Shown here in pieces: positions 37,852 through 48,700 of a stretch of DNA of 64,000 nt (position 1 is the stretch's first letter; the number at the start of each line of letters is the position of its first letter). The notes beneath the pieces were generated by a model. The model was not told the DNA's origin. It searched no databases and was given only the letters and a program-made list of their open reading frames with translations. Source of the stretch: Promethearchaeota archaeon (GTDB lineage: Archaea > Asgardarchaeota > Lokiarchaeia > Sigyniarchaeales > SOKP01); contig JAGXNO010000009.1 in NCBI GenBank assembly GCA_019894975.1, positions 1 to 64,000 on the forward strand, written 5' to 3'. The translations under genes were made by a program, and so were the position numbers.

Positions 37852-39201
37852 ATGATTGAAAAAGGAAATCCCAAAAGAAAAGAGCTGTGTAATACTGCAT
37901 TAAATGCAATTAAAGAGCAAGATATTAAGTTTATTTATCTACAGTTCACGGATATTCATGGAATCATAAAGAGTTTTGAAGTAAACTCAAGAAGGATTGA
38001 GGAGATCTTTGAGTTAGGAGAAAGCTTTGATGGAAGTTCTATCACAGGTTATGGCGCAATTGAGGAATCTGATAAAGTAGCACTCCCTGATCCTAGCACG
38101 TTCTATCTATTACCGTGGCGAAAAGAGAATAAAGTTGCAAGAGTAATATGTGATGTTTATGGACCTGATGGAGAACGATATGAAGGAGATCCGCGTTATA
38201 TCTTACAACGAGCAGTAAAAAAGGCAGAAGAGAACGGTTTTACGTTTTTATGTGCTCCCGAAATGGAATTTTTTATATTAACTCCAGATACAAAGGAAGC
38301 ATTTAAGCCATCAGATATGAGGGGGTATTTCGATTATGATCCTTATGATATTAGTGAAATGATAAGATATAGAATTGCAGATTATTGTGATAAGATGGGA
38401 ATAAATGTAGAATGTATTCATCATGAAGTTGCTTTTGGCCAACATGAAATAGATTTTCGTTATGATAAAGCCGTAACTGCCGCCGATAGTGCAATAACTA
38501 TAAAAACAATTGTTAAAACAGTTGCTGCTAATCAAAATCTTATTGGAACGTTTATGGCTAAGCCTTTTCATGGAATAAATGGATCTGGTATGCATGTGCA
38601 TCAATCATTATGGAGGAATGGAAGTAATGTATTTTATGATGAAAATGATAGAGATAATATTTCAGATACAATGAAAAAATGGATTGCTGGACAACTGAAG
38701 CATGCAAAAGCTATGTGTGCGGTTTTAAGCAGTTGGCCAAATTCCTATAAAAGGTTAGTTCCAGGGTATGAAGCACCTGTGTATTTAGCGTGGGGTTTTA
38801 GAAATAGATCACCTTTGATTAGGGTTCCCGATTTTGGCGGAAGGCCTAATGCGGCAAGGTGTGAAATTCGATGTCCTGATCCTTCTGGAAATCCATATCT
38901 TCAATTCGCCGTCCTTCTCACAGCAGGATTAGAGGGAATATTATCGGATGATATCGAAATTTCTGAACCAACTGATAGAAACGTATATCATCTTACTTCT
39001 AAGGAAATGGAAAAAGAAGGAATTGAGTCTTTACCAGGAAGCTTACATGAAGCACTAATAGAATTTAAAAATTCTGAATTAATGAGAGAAGTATTCGGGG
39101 AAGATGCTTTTAAAAACTACTATTATGCCAAGCTTGAAGAATACGATGCCTATCGCGTTGTTGTAAGTGAATGGGAAAGAAATCGGTATATTAGATTATA
39201 A
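37852..39201 (+). CDS. glnA: Glutamine synthetase type I
   Basis: QFTDIHG, FDGSSI, HHEVAFGQHEI, GINGSGMHVHQSL, NSYKRLVPGYEAP and RCPDP..NPYL. Confidence 0.95.
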   Translation: MIEKGNPKRKELCNTALNAIKEQDIKFIYLQFTDIHGIIKSFEVNSRRIEEIFELGESFDGSSITGYGAIEESDKVALPDPSTFYLLPWRKENKVARVICDVYGPDGERYEGDPRYILQRAVKKAEENGFTFLCAPEMEFFILTPDTKEAFKPSDMRGYFDYDPYDISEMIRYRIADYCDKMGINVECIHHEVAFGQHEIDFRYDKAVTAADSAITIKTIVKTVAANQNLIGTFMAKPFHGINGSGMHVHQSLWRNGSNVFYDENDRDNISDTMKKWIAGQLKHAKAMCAVLSSWPNSYKRLVPGYEAPVYLAWGFRNRSPLIRVPDFGGRPNAARCEIRCPDPSGNPYLQFAVLLTAGLEGILSDDIEISEPTDRNVYHLTSKEMEKEGIESLPGSLHEALIEFKNSELMREVFGEDAFKNYYYAKLEEYDAYRVVVSEWERNRYIRL

Positions 39202-39317
39202 TAGTTCAAACTTTTTTTTTCTTTTCTTATTTGGTAATTTCATCGTCTAGTAAATGTTTAAATAGTACCTCGACATAATATAAATTTGATAAAATTCCAA
39301 ATTAAAGGTGAGAAGTT

Positions 39318-41183
39318 ATTTCTAATCTTAAAGAAAGGTATAAGAGTATAAGGAAACGCTATACGAGTATAAAAAAGTTCCATAGAAATATAATTATTAC
39401 ATTTCTTATTGCATTCGTAAGTCTATTTGTTGGATTATATATCATTTTTTCATTCATTCGTCTAATCCCTGGGGATCCTGTAGCCGCTTATTTAGCTGCT
39501 ATTGGTGTACATAACCCCACCGATGAACAATATCAGCAAATGGTCAGACGGTTAGGAATTGATGATTTTTTCTCGTTTATCAGAGCTTTATTTGCAGGGG
39601 AATGGCGAATTTCAGTTTATATAGCAAGAGGTGAACCAGTTATTGATTTAATTGGAGAAGCAATCCTAAAAATGATAGGCATGATAACAATACCTCTAGT
39701 AGTGGGAATAGGGTTAGGAATCTTCCTTGGGAAGATCTCATCTAAGAATAGGGGAACATGGAAGGATAAAGCTATTCAATTTTTTAGTATTTTTGGAATA
39801 TCACTTTCAGTAATTTTCTTCGGTCTTTTACTTAAGTACTTCCTATGTGAAGAGTTAGGATTTTGTGAACCTATGGGTATTTCTGCAGTACCGATAGGGA
39901 TTTTAACTATTTCATTTTCTGCGCTAATAAGCTGGCAAACTCGCTCCTATATGATAAAGGAACCACGTAATAAGTCAGTCGTTTCCAACACAATAATGAT
40001 TGGGATTATTTTCGGTTTTATTTTTTTGTTTTACATGTTAATAGAATATACTTTTTATATTGCTGGTTTTAGTAATCTATTATTGGTTAGCTTAATCCTT
40101 TATGATTATTTCCTTCTTGCGGGATGTTTATTTGCATTATTGATAATGTTTGTCATACTGATATTAATTTCAAATTTGCTTTTTAGCTTTTATATGCATA
40201 AAAAAAGTGAATATCCTGAACGTGAACTTGAACCAATCTTAGCTAGACCTAAGACAATTAAAAGGGAATTATTAAAAAAGGAAAATCATGGAAAAAAAAT
40301 ATTGACTTGGATTTTTTCAAATCTGAAATTTCTTTTCCTTCCCGGATCAAGAATAGAGGAATTATCTTTACGCGAATTTGAGTATGAGAAAAAAATTGGT
40401 AAAAGATCAATAGCTAGAAGATTAAAAAATCCCTTAACAATTCTCGGCTATTCTGTATTATTTTTTGTTATTACTCTTGCGGTTTTTGCAGAATGGCTCT
40501 CTCCACAAGTATTTGATGAGGCTATGTTACCCCATGCGGGCTCATGGAACCCACCATCCTCCGAATATCCCTTAGGACAAACTGTAATGGGGGGGGATGT
40601 ACTTTCAAAAACAATCTGGGGTATACGTAATGCATTACTTTTTGGTTTTTCAACAATTCTTGTTGGTTTGGTAGGAGGTGGAATTTTAGGGTATCTTGCA
40701 GTTATTTTTAATAATTGGGGGGAAAGGATTATAAATGGATTAATGATCTTCTTTTATATAATCCCCGGAATAATTCTCTGCCTATTATACATTGGTGTTT
40801 ATGGACCATTTACAGAATTTGCATTACCCATTATCGGTATTTTATTAATCCCTAACTTCACACGAGCAATAGCTAGTACAATACCTAGAAAAATTAACGT
40901 TAAACATATAACAAAGACAATAATTTCTCAAATTCCATTAAATCTCGCAATTGCTATTATTCTCTATACCTCAACGGAATTTTTAGGATTCTTTATGAAT
41001 GTAGATATAAGATTGGGAGATGATATTGGGCTTGCTTTTTTAAATTTATCTGAGGCGCCTTGGGCAAGTTTATGGCCTGGATTTGCATTGTTTGGATTAA
41101 TATTCGGGCTCTTTGCCGTCCATGCAGACCTTCAGGGGTATGAACTCCCCCTAAGAGAATTAGAAAATGTAGAATTAAAATAG
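39318..41183 (+). CDS. Fused DppB/OppB-DppC/OppC-like permease lacking EAA loops, inferred ATT start
   Basis: TM1 and the DppB motif RLIPGDP lie in frame upstream of ATG39540; AGGTGA sits 6 nt before ATT39318. The second half has DppC motifs PPSSEYPLGQTVMGGDV and APWASLWPG. Confidence 0.75.
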   Translation: MSNLKERYKSIRKRYTSIKKFHRNIIITFLIAFVSLFVGLYIIFSFIRLIPGDPVAAYLAAIGVHNPTDEQYQQMVRRLGIDDFFSFIRALFAGEWRISVYIARGEPVIDLIGEAILKMIGMITIPLVVGIGLGIFLGKISSKNRGTWKDKAIQFFSIFGISLSVIFFGLLLKYFLCEELGFCEPMGISAVPIGILTISFSALISWQTRSYMIKEPRNKSVVSNTIMIGIIFGFIFLFYMLIEYTFYIAGFSNLLLVSLILYDYFLLAGCLFALLIMFVILILISNLLFSFYMHKKSEYPERELEPILARPKTIKRELLKKENHGKKILTWIFSNLKFLFLPGSRIEELSLREFEYEKKIGKRSIARRLKNPLTILGYSVLFFVITLAVFAEWLSPQVFDEAMLPHAGSWNPPSSEYPLGQTVMGGDVLSKTIWGIRNALLFGFSTILVGLVGGGILGYLAVIFNNWGERIINGLMIFFYIIPGIILCLLYIGVYGPFTEFALPIIGILLIPNFTRAIASTIPRKINVKHITKTIISQIPLNLAIAIILYTSTEFLGFFMNVDIRLGDDIGLAFLNLSEAPWASLWPGFALFGLIFGLFAVHADLQGYELPLRELENVELK

Positions 41184-41426
41184 GTTTGGGTACATCCTTT
41201 CAATATTTTCTATAGCTTCAGTGAACAAAGTAAGTAATATCATACTATCATTGACATACATGTTATTCATTACATAATCCAAAATGCTATTTGCTGTTGA
41301 TTTATCTCTGTTAGTATACTTCTGCACCTTTGATTTGAACAAGATAATAAATTCCTCTTTTAACCACTCTAGTTCCTCTATTAAACTTTCCTCTAAAATC
41401 TCATGATAATTCACACTTACTTTCAT
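41175..41426 (-). CDS. Small hypothetical helical protein
   Basis: GAGGT SD before ATG; 83 aa. Confidence 0.65.
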   Translation of the reverse strand: MKVSVNYHEILEESLIEELEWLKEEFIILFKSKVQKYTNRDKSTANSILDYVMNNMYVNDSMILLTLFTEAIENIERMYPNLF

Positions 41427-41584
41427 TATTTAACCTCAACCCCAACAAAATTATACAAATCTCCTTCTTCTTTAATTAATATGAGTTAGGTTAGTATAAA
41501 TAAGTTAAAGAGACCGATTTTTATGTAATTTGTATTTATAGAAATAGTTGAAAATCTCCTAATACCACTATATATATATTAATG

Positions 41585-43399
41585 TTAAGTCTTATTTTGG
41601 ACAATCTCCTTCATTTTTTCAATGTATTCAAGAGATTGGTGGCGAAAGTATGTATTATAAAGCTCAGCATAGGTTCCACCCTTGGCCATTAAGGCATCAT
41701 GGTTTCCTTCTTCCACGATCTTTCCGTGATCCATAACGATTATACGATCTACATGTCTTACAGTCCAAAGTCGATGAGCAATAATAATAGAAGTACGCCC
41801 TTCAATCGTTTTTTGTAAAGCATCCTGAATTTTTGTTTCAGTAAAAGGATCAACTGATGCGGTAGCCTCATCCAATATCAGAATTGACGGATTTTCTAAT
41901 AAAACACGAGCAAAAACTACTAACTGACGCTGACCCATGGAGAGCATACTACCACGTTCTCCCGTATAAGTATTTAAACCATCTGATAAATCCTCGATCC
42001 AATCAGTGCCACTAGAATTATTTAAGGCATTTAAAACTGCATCATCAGTTGCATTTTTGCAGCAGTACTTAATATTATTTTCAAGAGTGTCTGCCCAGAG
42101 AAATGGAGTTTGTGGTATTATTCCAATATGTTTTCGATATTCACTTAAATCATAAGCTCTGATACTTTTTCCATCAATTAATATATCTCCTTCTTGGAAT
42201 TCATAGAATCTAGCAATGAGCTTTGCTAAGCTTGATTTCCCCGCACCTGTATGACCTACGATAGCTACAGATTCTCCAGGCTTAATTTTTAAATTAAAAT
42301 TTGTAAAGACTTCTTTTGATGCTTCATACTGAAAAGTTACATCTTTAAATTCAATTTCACCGTTTAGTTCTGGTGGTTTTATGTTATCATTTTGAATTAC
42401 CAAAGGGATAGTATCTATCAAGGCAAAAATACGTTCTGAAGCTGACATACCTGTCTGAAATGCAGGCCAAAATGAGGCTATAGATAACAATGGAAAAAAG
42501 AGGAAACTTAATCCTGATAAAAACAAGTTCAAATCACCCACGCTTAAAGAACCATTTAAAACTCTTGCTCCCCCGAGAAACACAATTAAAGTTAGTACTA
42601 TCCCTTGAATCATGCTTAAAGCGGGATATACAATACTGAAAACAAAACCTCTTCGTAAATTGACTTTATAAGAAATATCATTTACTTCATTAAATGTGTC
42701 ATAAAGCTTCTTTTCTTGTCGAAAGGTTTTTGCGATTTGAATTCCTGAAAAACTTTCTTTAACATATGCATTAACAGAAGCAAGAGCTCGTTGTCCCAAT
42801 AAAGCTCTCTTTCGCGCGATTTTTCGATATGCGAATGCTATAAGAAAAAACAAAGGAAAAGTAATTATTGTGGCTAAAAATAAAATGATATCCATAAACA
42901 CCATTATTACTAATAAAAAGATGATAATGAAAAATGAAGATAATAAATCAAGTGAAAGATTTACAACTTCACCCAAATCTCTGGAATCAGTATTAATTCG
43001 ACTCACTACCTTACCAATCGGATTTCTATCAAAAAATGATAAGTCATGATTTAAAACAGCTTCGCCAGCATCCCTTCTTAAATCTAGTACTACATCTCCA
43101 ATGATTTTGGAGATTTTACGACGTCTAAAATAATTAAAAACCCACCCTAATATATTCAACATAAAAGTAAAAGCTATAACGAATATAATATAAACTACAT
43201 TTCTGTTGGTTTCGATATTGTTTAGAATTATTGAAGTTAGAATTGGAATGAGAGAACTGGAGAGAGATCCAAGACTAAGAAGGAAAACTACAAACCCCAT
43301 TGGACGTTTATAAGGAGTAAAATATTTTAAGATCCGTTTTATTAAGACTCTATCCGAAATTTCTTTGTCATACTCCTCAGCTTCAAGTCCAACCCACAT
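41585..43399 (-). CDS. Heterodimeric ABC exporter subunit (TMD+NBD, TM288-like)
   Basis: GHTGAGKS, degenerate signature LSMGQRQL, ILDEAT and IAHRL. Confidence 0.93.
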   Translation of the reverse strand: MWVGLEAEEYDKEISDRVLIKRILKYFTPYKRPMGFVVFLLSLGSLSSSLIPILTSIILNNIETNRNVVYIIFVIAFTFMLNILGWVFNYFRRRKISKIIGDVVLDLRRDAGEAVLNHDLSFFDRNPIGKVVSRINTDSRDLGEVVNLSLDLLSSFFIIIFLLVIMVFMDIILFLATIITFPLFFLIAFAYRKIARKRALLGQRALASVNAYVKESFSGIQIAKTFRQEKKLYDTFNEVNDISYKVNLRRGFVFSIVYPALSMIQGIVLTLIVFLGGARVLNGSLSVGDLNLFLSGLSFLFFPLLSIASFWPAFQTGMSASERIFALIDTIPLVIQNDNIKPPELNGEIEFKDVTFQYEASKEVFTNFNLKIKPGESVAIVGHTGAGKSSLAKLIARFYEFQEGDILIDGKSIRAYDLSEYRKHIGIIPQTPFLWADTLENNIKYCCKNATDDAVLNALNNSSGTDWIEDLSDGLNTYTGERGSMLSMGQRQLVVFARVLLENPSILILDEATASVDPFTETKIQDALQKTIEGRTSIIIAHRLWTVRHVDRIIVMDHGKIVEEGNHDALMAKGGTYAELYNTYFRHQSLEYIEKMKEIVQNKT

Positions 43400-43401
43400 T
43401 C

Positions 43402-45240
43402 CTAAGATCCCTCCTTTTGTTTTATTAATTGATCAACGTCTACATCAAACTTTTTAATAAATATTTTTTGATATTCTTCTGAGGTCAATAAAAGTTCATC
43501 ATGAGTTCCCATAGCTGCTATTTCCCCTTTTTTTAGGACAATAATTACGTCGGCCCACCTAATTTGCGAAAGTCTATGTGTTATAAGAAGAGTCGTTCTA
43601 TCCTTGAGTATATTTCGAATTGCTCTTTGTATTTTGTCTTCCGTATTTGAATCTATTGCAGATGTTGAGTCATCCAAAATAAGAATTCTTGGATCAGAAA
43701 GAAATGCTCGAGCTATTGCGATTCTTTGTCTTTCTCCACCACTTAATTGGACACCTCTTTCACCAACTTCGGAGTCGTACTGATTAGGTAACTGAGAAAT
43801 AAAATCGTGAGCTTGAGCTTCTTTGGTTACCTGTACTATTTCTTCCTGAGAAGATACTCTACCAAACGATATATTGCTAAAGATTGAATCTGAAAACAAG
43901 AAAACATCTTGTTCTATATAGGATATTTGACCTCTCAATGATTTTAAAGAATAGTCCCGGAGATCAATATTATCAACTAAAATTCTACCTTCACCAACAT
44001 CATATAATCGAGATAGTAACTTGGTTAGTGTTGTTTTTCCTGATCCCGTGGTACCCACAATAGCTACTGACTGTCCGGGTTTTACCTCAAAATTAATATT
44101 TTTTAATACTATTTTTTCACTTCCTGGATAAGAAAAGGAAACGTTTTCAAATTTTATTCTTCCCTCTAAAGATTTCGAAATTCCCTCAATATTTTCATCA
44201 ATTTCAGTCTCTTGATTCATTAAATTAAGTAATCTTTGAGCACTAGTAATTGCAGTACGAACCATTGCAAACACAAATATTGAAATTTGTGTTGGAAAAC
44301 CCAATTGTCTTAATAGCGCCATATAGCCAATAATAAAGCCAATTGGGAACATTATTGTAAAATTTAGAATGATTCCATGAGTTAGACCAAAAGTAAATGT
44401 TAAAGCCAAAATTAAAAAAGGGAGATACTTTGCTTGAACATGGCCTTGTTCAATAAAAGCATCTCGATATCCTCTCGCGTTTAAAATATACTTTTCTAGC
44501 TCGCGTGCCTCTTGAACGGTACCTTTAACAACTTCAATACCAGTAAGAGTTTCATTTAAAGTAGTATTCATCCCACCGAAAAATCCTCTTAATTTCCATG
44601 AAATTGGAGCTATTTTCTTAACATAAGATCTTAAGGATATTATGAATAATACAGCAAACACTAATGGTGCTATCATTAATTGAACGGGATAAAAGATTAT
44701 TATATAAATTAGAGGAATTACCAAAGCAGTGAAGGATTCAAATATAAGAGAAATCGCGGGGCTAATAAGGAAATTTAGCATGCGAACGTCATTGGTGGCA
44801 AGGGCCATCAATTCACCAATTTGAATAGTTTCATGAAAGGATTGGCTTTTACCCAAAAGATTAGAATAAAATTCTCTTCTACAATCTCTTTCCATCCTAT
44901 GAGCTAAAACCTCTCTTAATGCGAAGCTAAACATTCTCAAAAATGGAGAACCAATGTTTAATAACAAAATAAAAACAGTATAATATATCAATGAAGTTGT
45001 CTTATGTAAAAAGAAATCTGTAATTGCATTACCAATAAGAACAGAAGTAATAGACCACAAGTTGGATGTTAAAATTGTTGTAAATAGCACAACTGCAATT
45101 AGATACTTATTTGATTTATAAAATAGATGTGAAAAAATCCACCTTCGTGAACCTTTGTGGCGAGCTTTTTCAAAGTGATCTTTTCCTGGTGAAAACTCAA
45201 CAATCCGTTTCTGATATGTCTCGCTTTTACTATTTTTCAT
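43402..45240 (-). CDS. Heterodimeric ABC exporter subunit (TMD+NBD, TM287-like)
   Basis: GTTGSGKT, LSGGERQR and degenerate Walker B ILDDS. Start placed at ATG45240. Confidence 0.92.
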   Translation of the reverse strand: MKNSKSETYQKRIVEFSPGKDHFEKARHKGSRRWIFSHLFYKSNKYLIAVVLFTTILTSNLWSITSVLIGNAITDFFLHKTTSLIYYTVFILLLNIGSPFLRMFSFALREVLAHRMERDCRREFYSNLLGKSQSFHETIQIGELMALATNDVRMLNFLISPAISLIFESFTALVIPLIYIIIFYPVQLMIAPLVFAVLFIISLRSYVKKIAPISWKLRGFFGGMNTTLNETLTGIEVVKGTVQEARELEKYILNARGYRDAFIEQGHVQAKYLPFLILALTFTFGLTHGIILNFTIMFPIGFIIGYMALLRQLGFPTQISIFVFAMVRTAITSAQRLLNLMNQETEIDENIEGISKSLEGRIKFENVSFSYPGSEKIVLKNINFEVKPGQSVAIVGTTGSGKTTLTKLLSRLYDVGEGRILVDNIDLRDYSLKSLRGQISYIEQDVFLFSDSIFSNISFGRVSSQEEIVQVTKEAQAHDFISQLPNQYDSEVGERGVQLSGGERQRIAIARAFLSDPRILILDDSTSAIDSNTEDKIQRAIRNILKDRTTLLITHRLSQIRWADVIIVLKKGEIAAMGTHDELLLTSEEYQKIFIKKFDVDVDQLIKQKEGS

Positions 45241-45366
45241 TGATATCTTTTGATGGTTTTGATAAGAAATATTACTAATAGTATGCAAATTGAAGTAGTT
45301 GTTAATTAATGAGTTTTATGCTATGATTTAGAGAAATAACATTGTATACAAAAATGAGAAGTTTAG

Positions 45367-45666
45367 CTAAGAGTGATAATCCTTTCTTGTGCTAATAAGG
45401 GTTGTAGTGGCTTCAATCCACTGATTCAATTCATTGTCAGATCTACAAAAAGTAACTATTTTCTCCAAATCCTCTAATTTCAGGAACTTACATTCAACCA
45501 TTAAGTCCCAACCTCCGTAGATAGGTGTAACATAGGTGACTTCCCAATCTTCCTGTTGATTGCTGGATTTTAAACTTTTTAGTTTTTCTGTGACTTTCCA
45601 CTGAGTACCAATAATTTTCAATCGAATCAAAATATAACCACGATAATAAATCGACGTAACACCCAA
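45367..45666 (-). CDS. Stand-alone Lrp/AsnC ligand-binding (RAM) domain protein
   Basis: GYILI...V...L...PIYGGWDLMVE...I..TTTLI; no HTH. Confidence 0.75.
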   Translation of the reverse strand: MGVTSIYYRGYILIRLKIIGTQWKVTEKLKSLKSSNQQEDWEVTYVTPIYGGWDLMVECKFLKLEDLEKIVTFCRSDNELNQWIEATTTLISTRKDYHS

Positions 45667-45784
45667 ATTAAATCTTTAGATATTGATTAACCAATAAATA
45701 GTGATATATTTTTCAAGATTTTTCAAGATTTCTATTAATGAGAGAATTAGTGTATGAGTATTTCTAAAGCATTAGTTTCAAAAT

Positions 45785-48700
45785 CTACCAATATATTTCT
45801 TTTAATGTCTTATGATATTCATTAAGAGATTTAATCTCTACTTCTTTTTTCCTAACATCTTTTATAGCATCGACAATAGCTCTTGCAAGTTGTAAATTTA
45901 TTATTACGGGAATGTTATAATCCACTGCCATTCTACGAATCTTATATTCATCCTCTATGATTGTTGCGAATTTTTCTTCTACTGTAGTTGGCATTGGAAT
46001 ATTAATTACTAAATCTATTGCTCCATTTTGAAGGCAACCCATTATATTTGGTTCCATTCCAGCTTCATGAATCTTATATAATCTCACAGCATAGATTCCA
46101 CTGTTTTTTAATGCTAAAGCAGTAGCTTCAGTAGCGAATATTGTAAATCCCATATCTTTTAACTTCATAGCTAAAGGAATTATTTGTTTTTTTAATTCTT
46201 CTCCTCCTACTGAAATTAGTACATTCCCCCCTTCTACAGGAATACGCATTTCAGTAGCTTCTAAAGCTTTTATTAAGGCATCTTGGAAATCCTCTCCTAT
46301 AATGCCAATTTCACCAGTAGATGCCATTTCAACCCCGAGTCGAAAATCTGCTTTGTCCAATCTCAAAAATGAAAACATTGGAGCCTTAATACCCACATAG
46401 TTTCCATAAGGAAGATCGAGCAGTCTTTCTGGAATTTTATTACCCATTATTACCTCCGCTGCTAATCTCATAAGGTTTATGCCTCGAATTTTTGAGACAT
46501 ATGGCATACTACGGCTTGAACGCAAATTACATTCAATTACATACACATCCCCATTTTTAATCATATATTGAACATTAAAAGGTCCCCGAATTTTCAGAGC
46601 TAAAGCAATTTTTTTAGTATTTTCTTCAATTACACTAATTACATCTTCAGAAACCGTTTGGGGGGGAATTGTCATAGTTGCATCCCCACTGTGTATTCCT
46701 GCATTTTCTATATGCTCTACGATTGCTCCAATTAACACGTTAGAGCCATCACAGATACCATCACATTCTATCTCTCTTGCATTAGTGAAAAATTTAGTAA
46801 TTACAATAGGATATTCCCTAGAAACGGAAGCTGCAAGATCAAGTGTATCTCTGAGGGTTGTTTCATCGTAACATACTCTCATGGCAGCTCCACTTAATAC
46901 ATACGAAGGTCTAACAAGTACAGGGTAACTTACATTCTTTGCAAAATTTAGTGCTTCTTCTTTATCCGTTAAAGCACTCCATTGAGGTTGTTTAATATTG
47001 AGCTGATCTAGTAATGCACTAAATTTACTTCTATCTTCTGCCATATCTATTCTTGAACCATGGGTCCCAAGTATTTTTAGATTAGTTTTCCTAAAGAATT
47101 CAGAATACTTTGTAATTTTTGCGGCTAAATTATTTGCTATTTGTCCCCCTGCTGATACGACTATTCCCTCTGCTTTTTCAAGTTCACATATATCAAGCAC
47201 TCTTTCCCCAGAAATTTCATCAAAGTAGAGCTTATCACTTACGTCGTAGTCGGTAGACACCGTTTCTGGATTATAATTAATCATAATGGCTTGGTCCACG
47301 CCCAGCCTCTTAATTCCCCATAAACAATTAACAGATCCCCAATCAAACTCGACAGAAGCTCCAATACGATATGTACCAGAACCTAAAACAATAACTTTTC
47401 TAAGATTAGAATTATTTTCTTGCTGAAAATCTATGTCATGTTCAGTAGCGCTATATGTAAGGTATAAATAGTTAGTTATTGCTGGCCACTCTGCTGCTAA
47501 AGTATCGATCCTTTTCACATATGGATGAATTCCTAATTTTTTTCTCAGTTGTCTCACAAATATTGTATTGATCCCCATGATCTTACCTATTTGTCCGTCA
47601 GAGAATCCATATCTTTTAGCTCTTTCTAACAAATAAATTTTTTCTGAATCTGGAGATTCTAGTAAGTCAAGGCTTTCAATGTTCCGTTCTATATCTATAA
47701 TATTTTTTAATTTATGAAGAAACCATTTATCCACTCTTGAGAGACGATAGATTTCATCAATTGAAATCCCTCTTTTAATTGCTTCAGCAATTCTAAATAC
47801 TCTTAAGTCTGTAGGGTTTCTTAATGCATATTTTAATTCATTTATATCTTCAATTTCTTCCAAATCATTAGCTACAAAACCTTTCATCCCAATGTCAAGC
47901 ATTCTTATTGCCTTTTGTAGAACCTCTTCAAAAGTTCTACCAATTGCCATAACTTCCCCTACACTTTTCATCTGAGAGCCTAATCTTCGATCTACTTTTT
48001 GGAATTTTATAAGATCCCATCTTGGAAATTTGAGAACTAAATAATCTAATGCCGGTTCGAAGCATGCTGTAGTAATTCCGGTAATTTTGTTTTTTAACTC
48101 AGGTAAGGTATATCCTATTGCAAGTTTTGCTGCTATATATGCCAAAGGATATCCTGTCGCTTTAGAAGCTAATGCTGATGATCTAGAAAGGCGAGCATTT
48201 ACCTCAATCGCTCGGAATTCTTTTGAAAAAGGATCTAAACCATATTGAATATTGCATTCCCCAATAATACCAAGGTTACGAATAACCCTTATTGAAGCTG
48301 AACGGAGCATTTGGTACTCTTCATTAGTAAGTGTTTGACTTGGGCTTATTACTAATGATTCCCCGGTGTGAATACCCACTGGATCAAAATTCTCCATATT
48401 ACAGTTAATAAAACAATTATCCTCAGAATCCCTTACTACTTCATATTCAATTTCTTTCCAACCCCAGATACTTTCTTCAATAAGAATTTGATTTATCCTT
48501 GATTGAGCTAAACCTTTTTTTGCCATTCTTTCAAATTCTTTCATGTTATTAACTATTCCTGATCCTCTTCCACCTAAAGTGTAGGCTACTCGGAGCATAC
48601 ACGGAAATCCGATTTCTTCAACCGCTTTCAAAGCATCTGTATAGGAACTTACAGCTTGACTTTTACAGACTTTAACTTCAGAACTTTCCATTGCTTTAAC

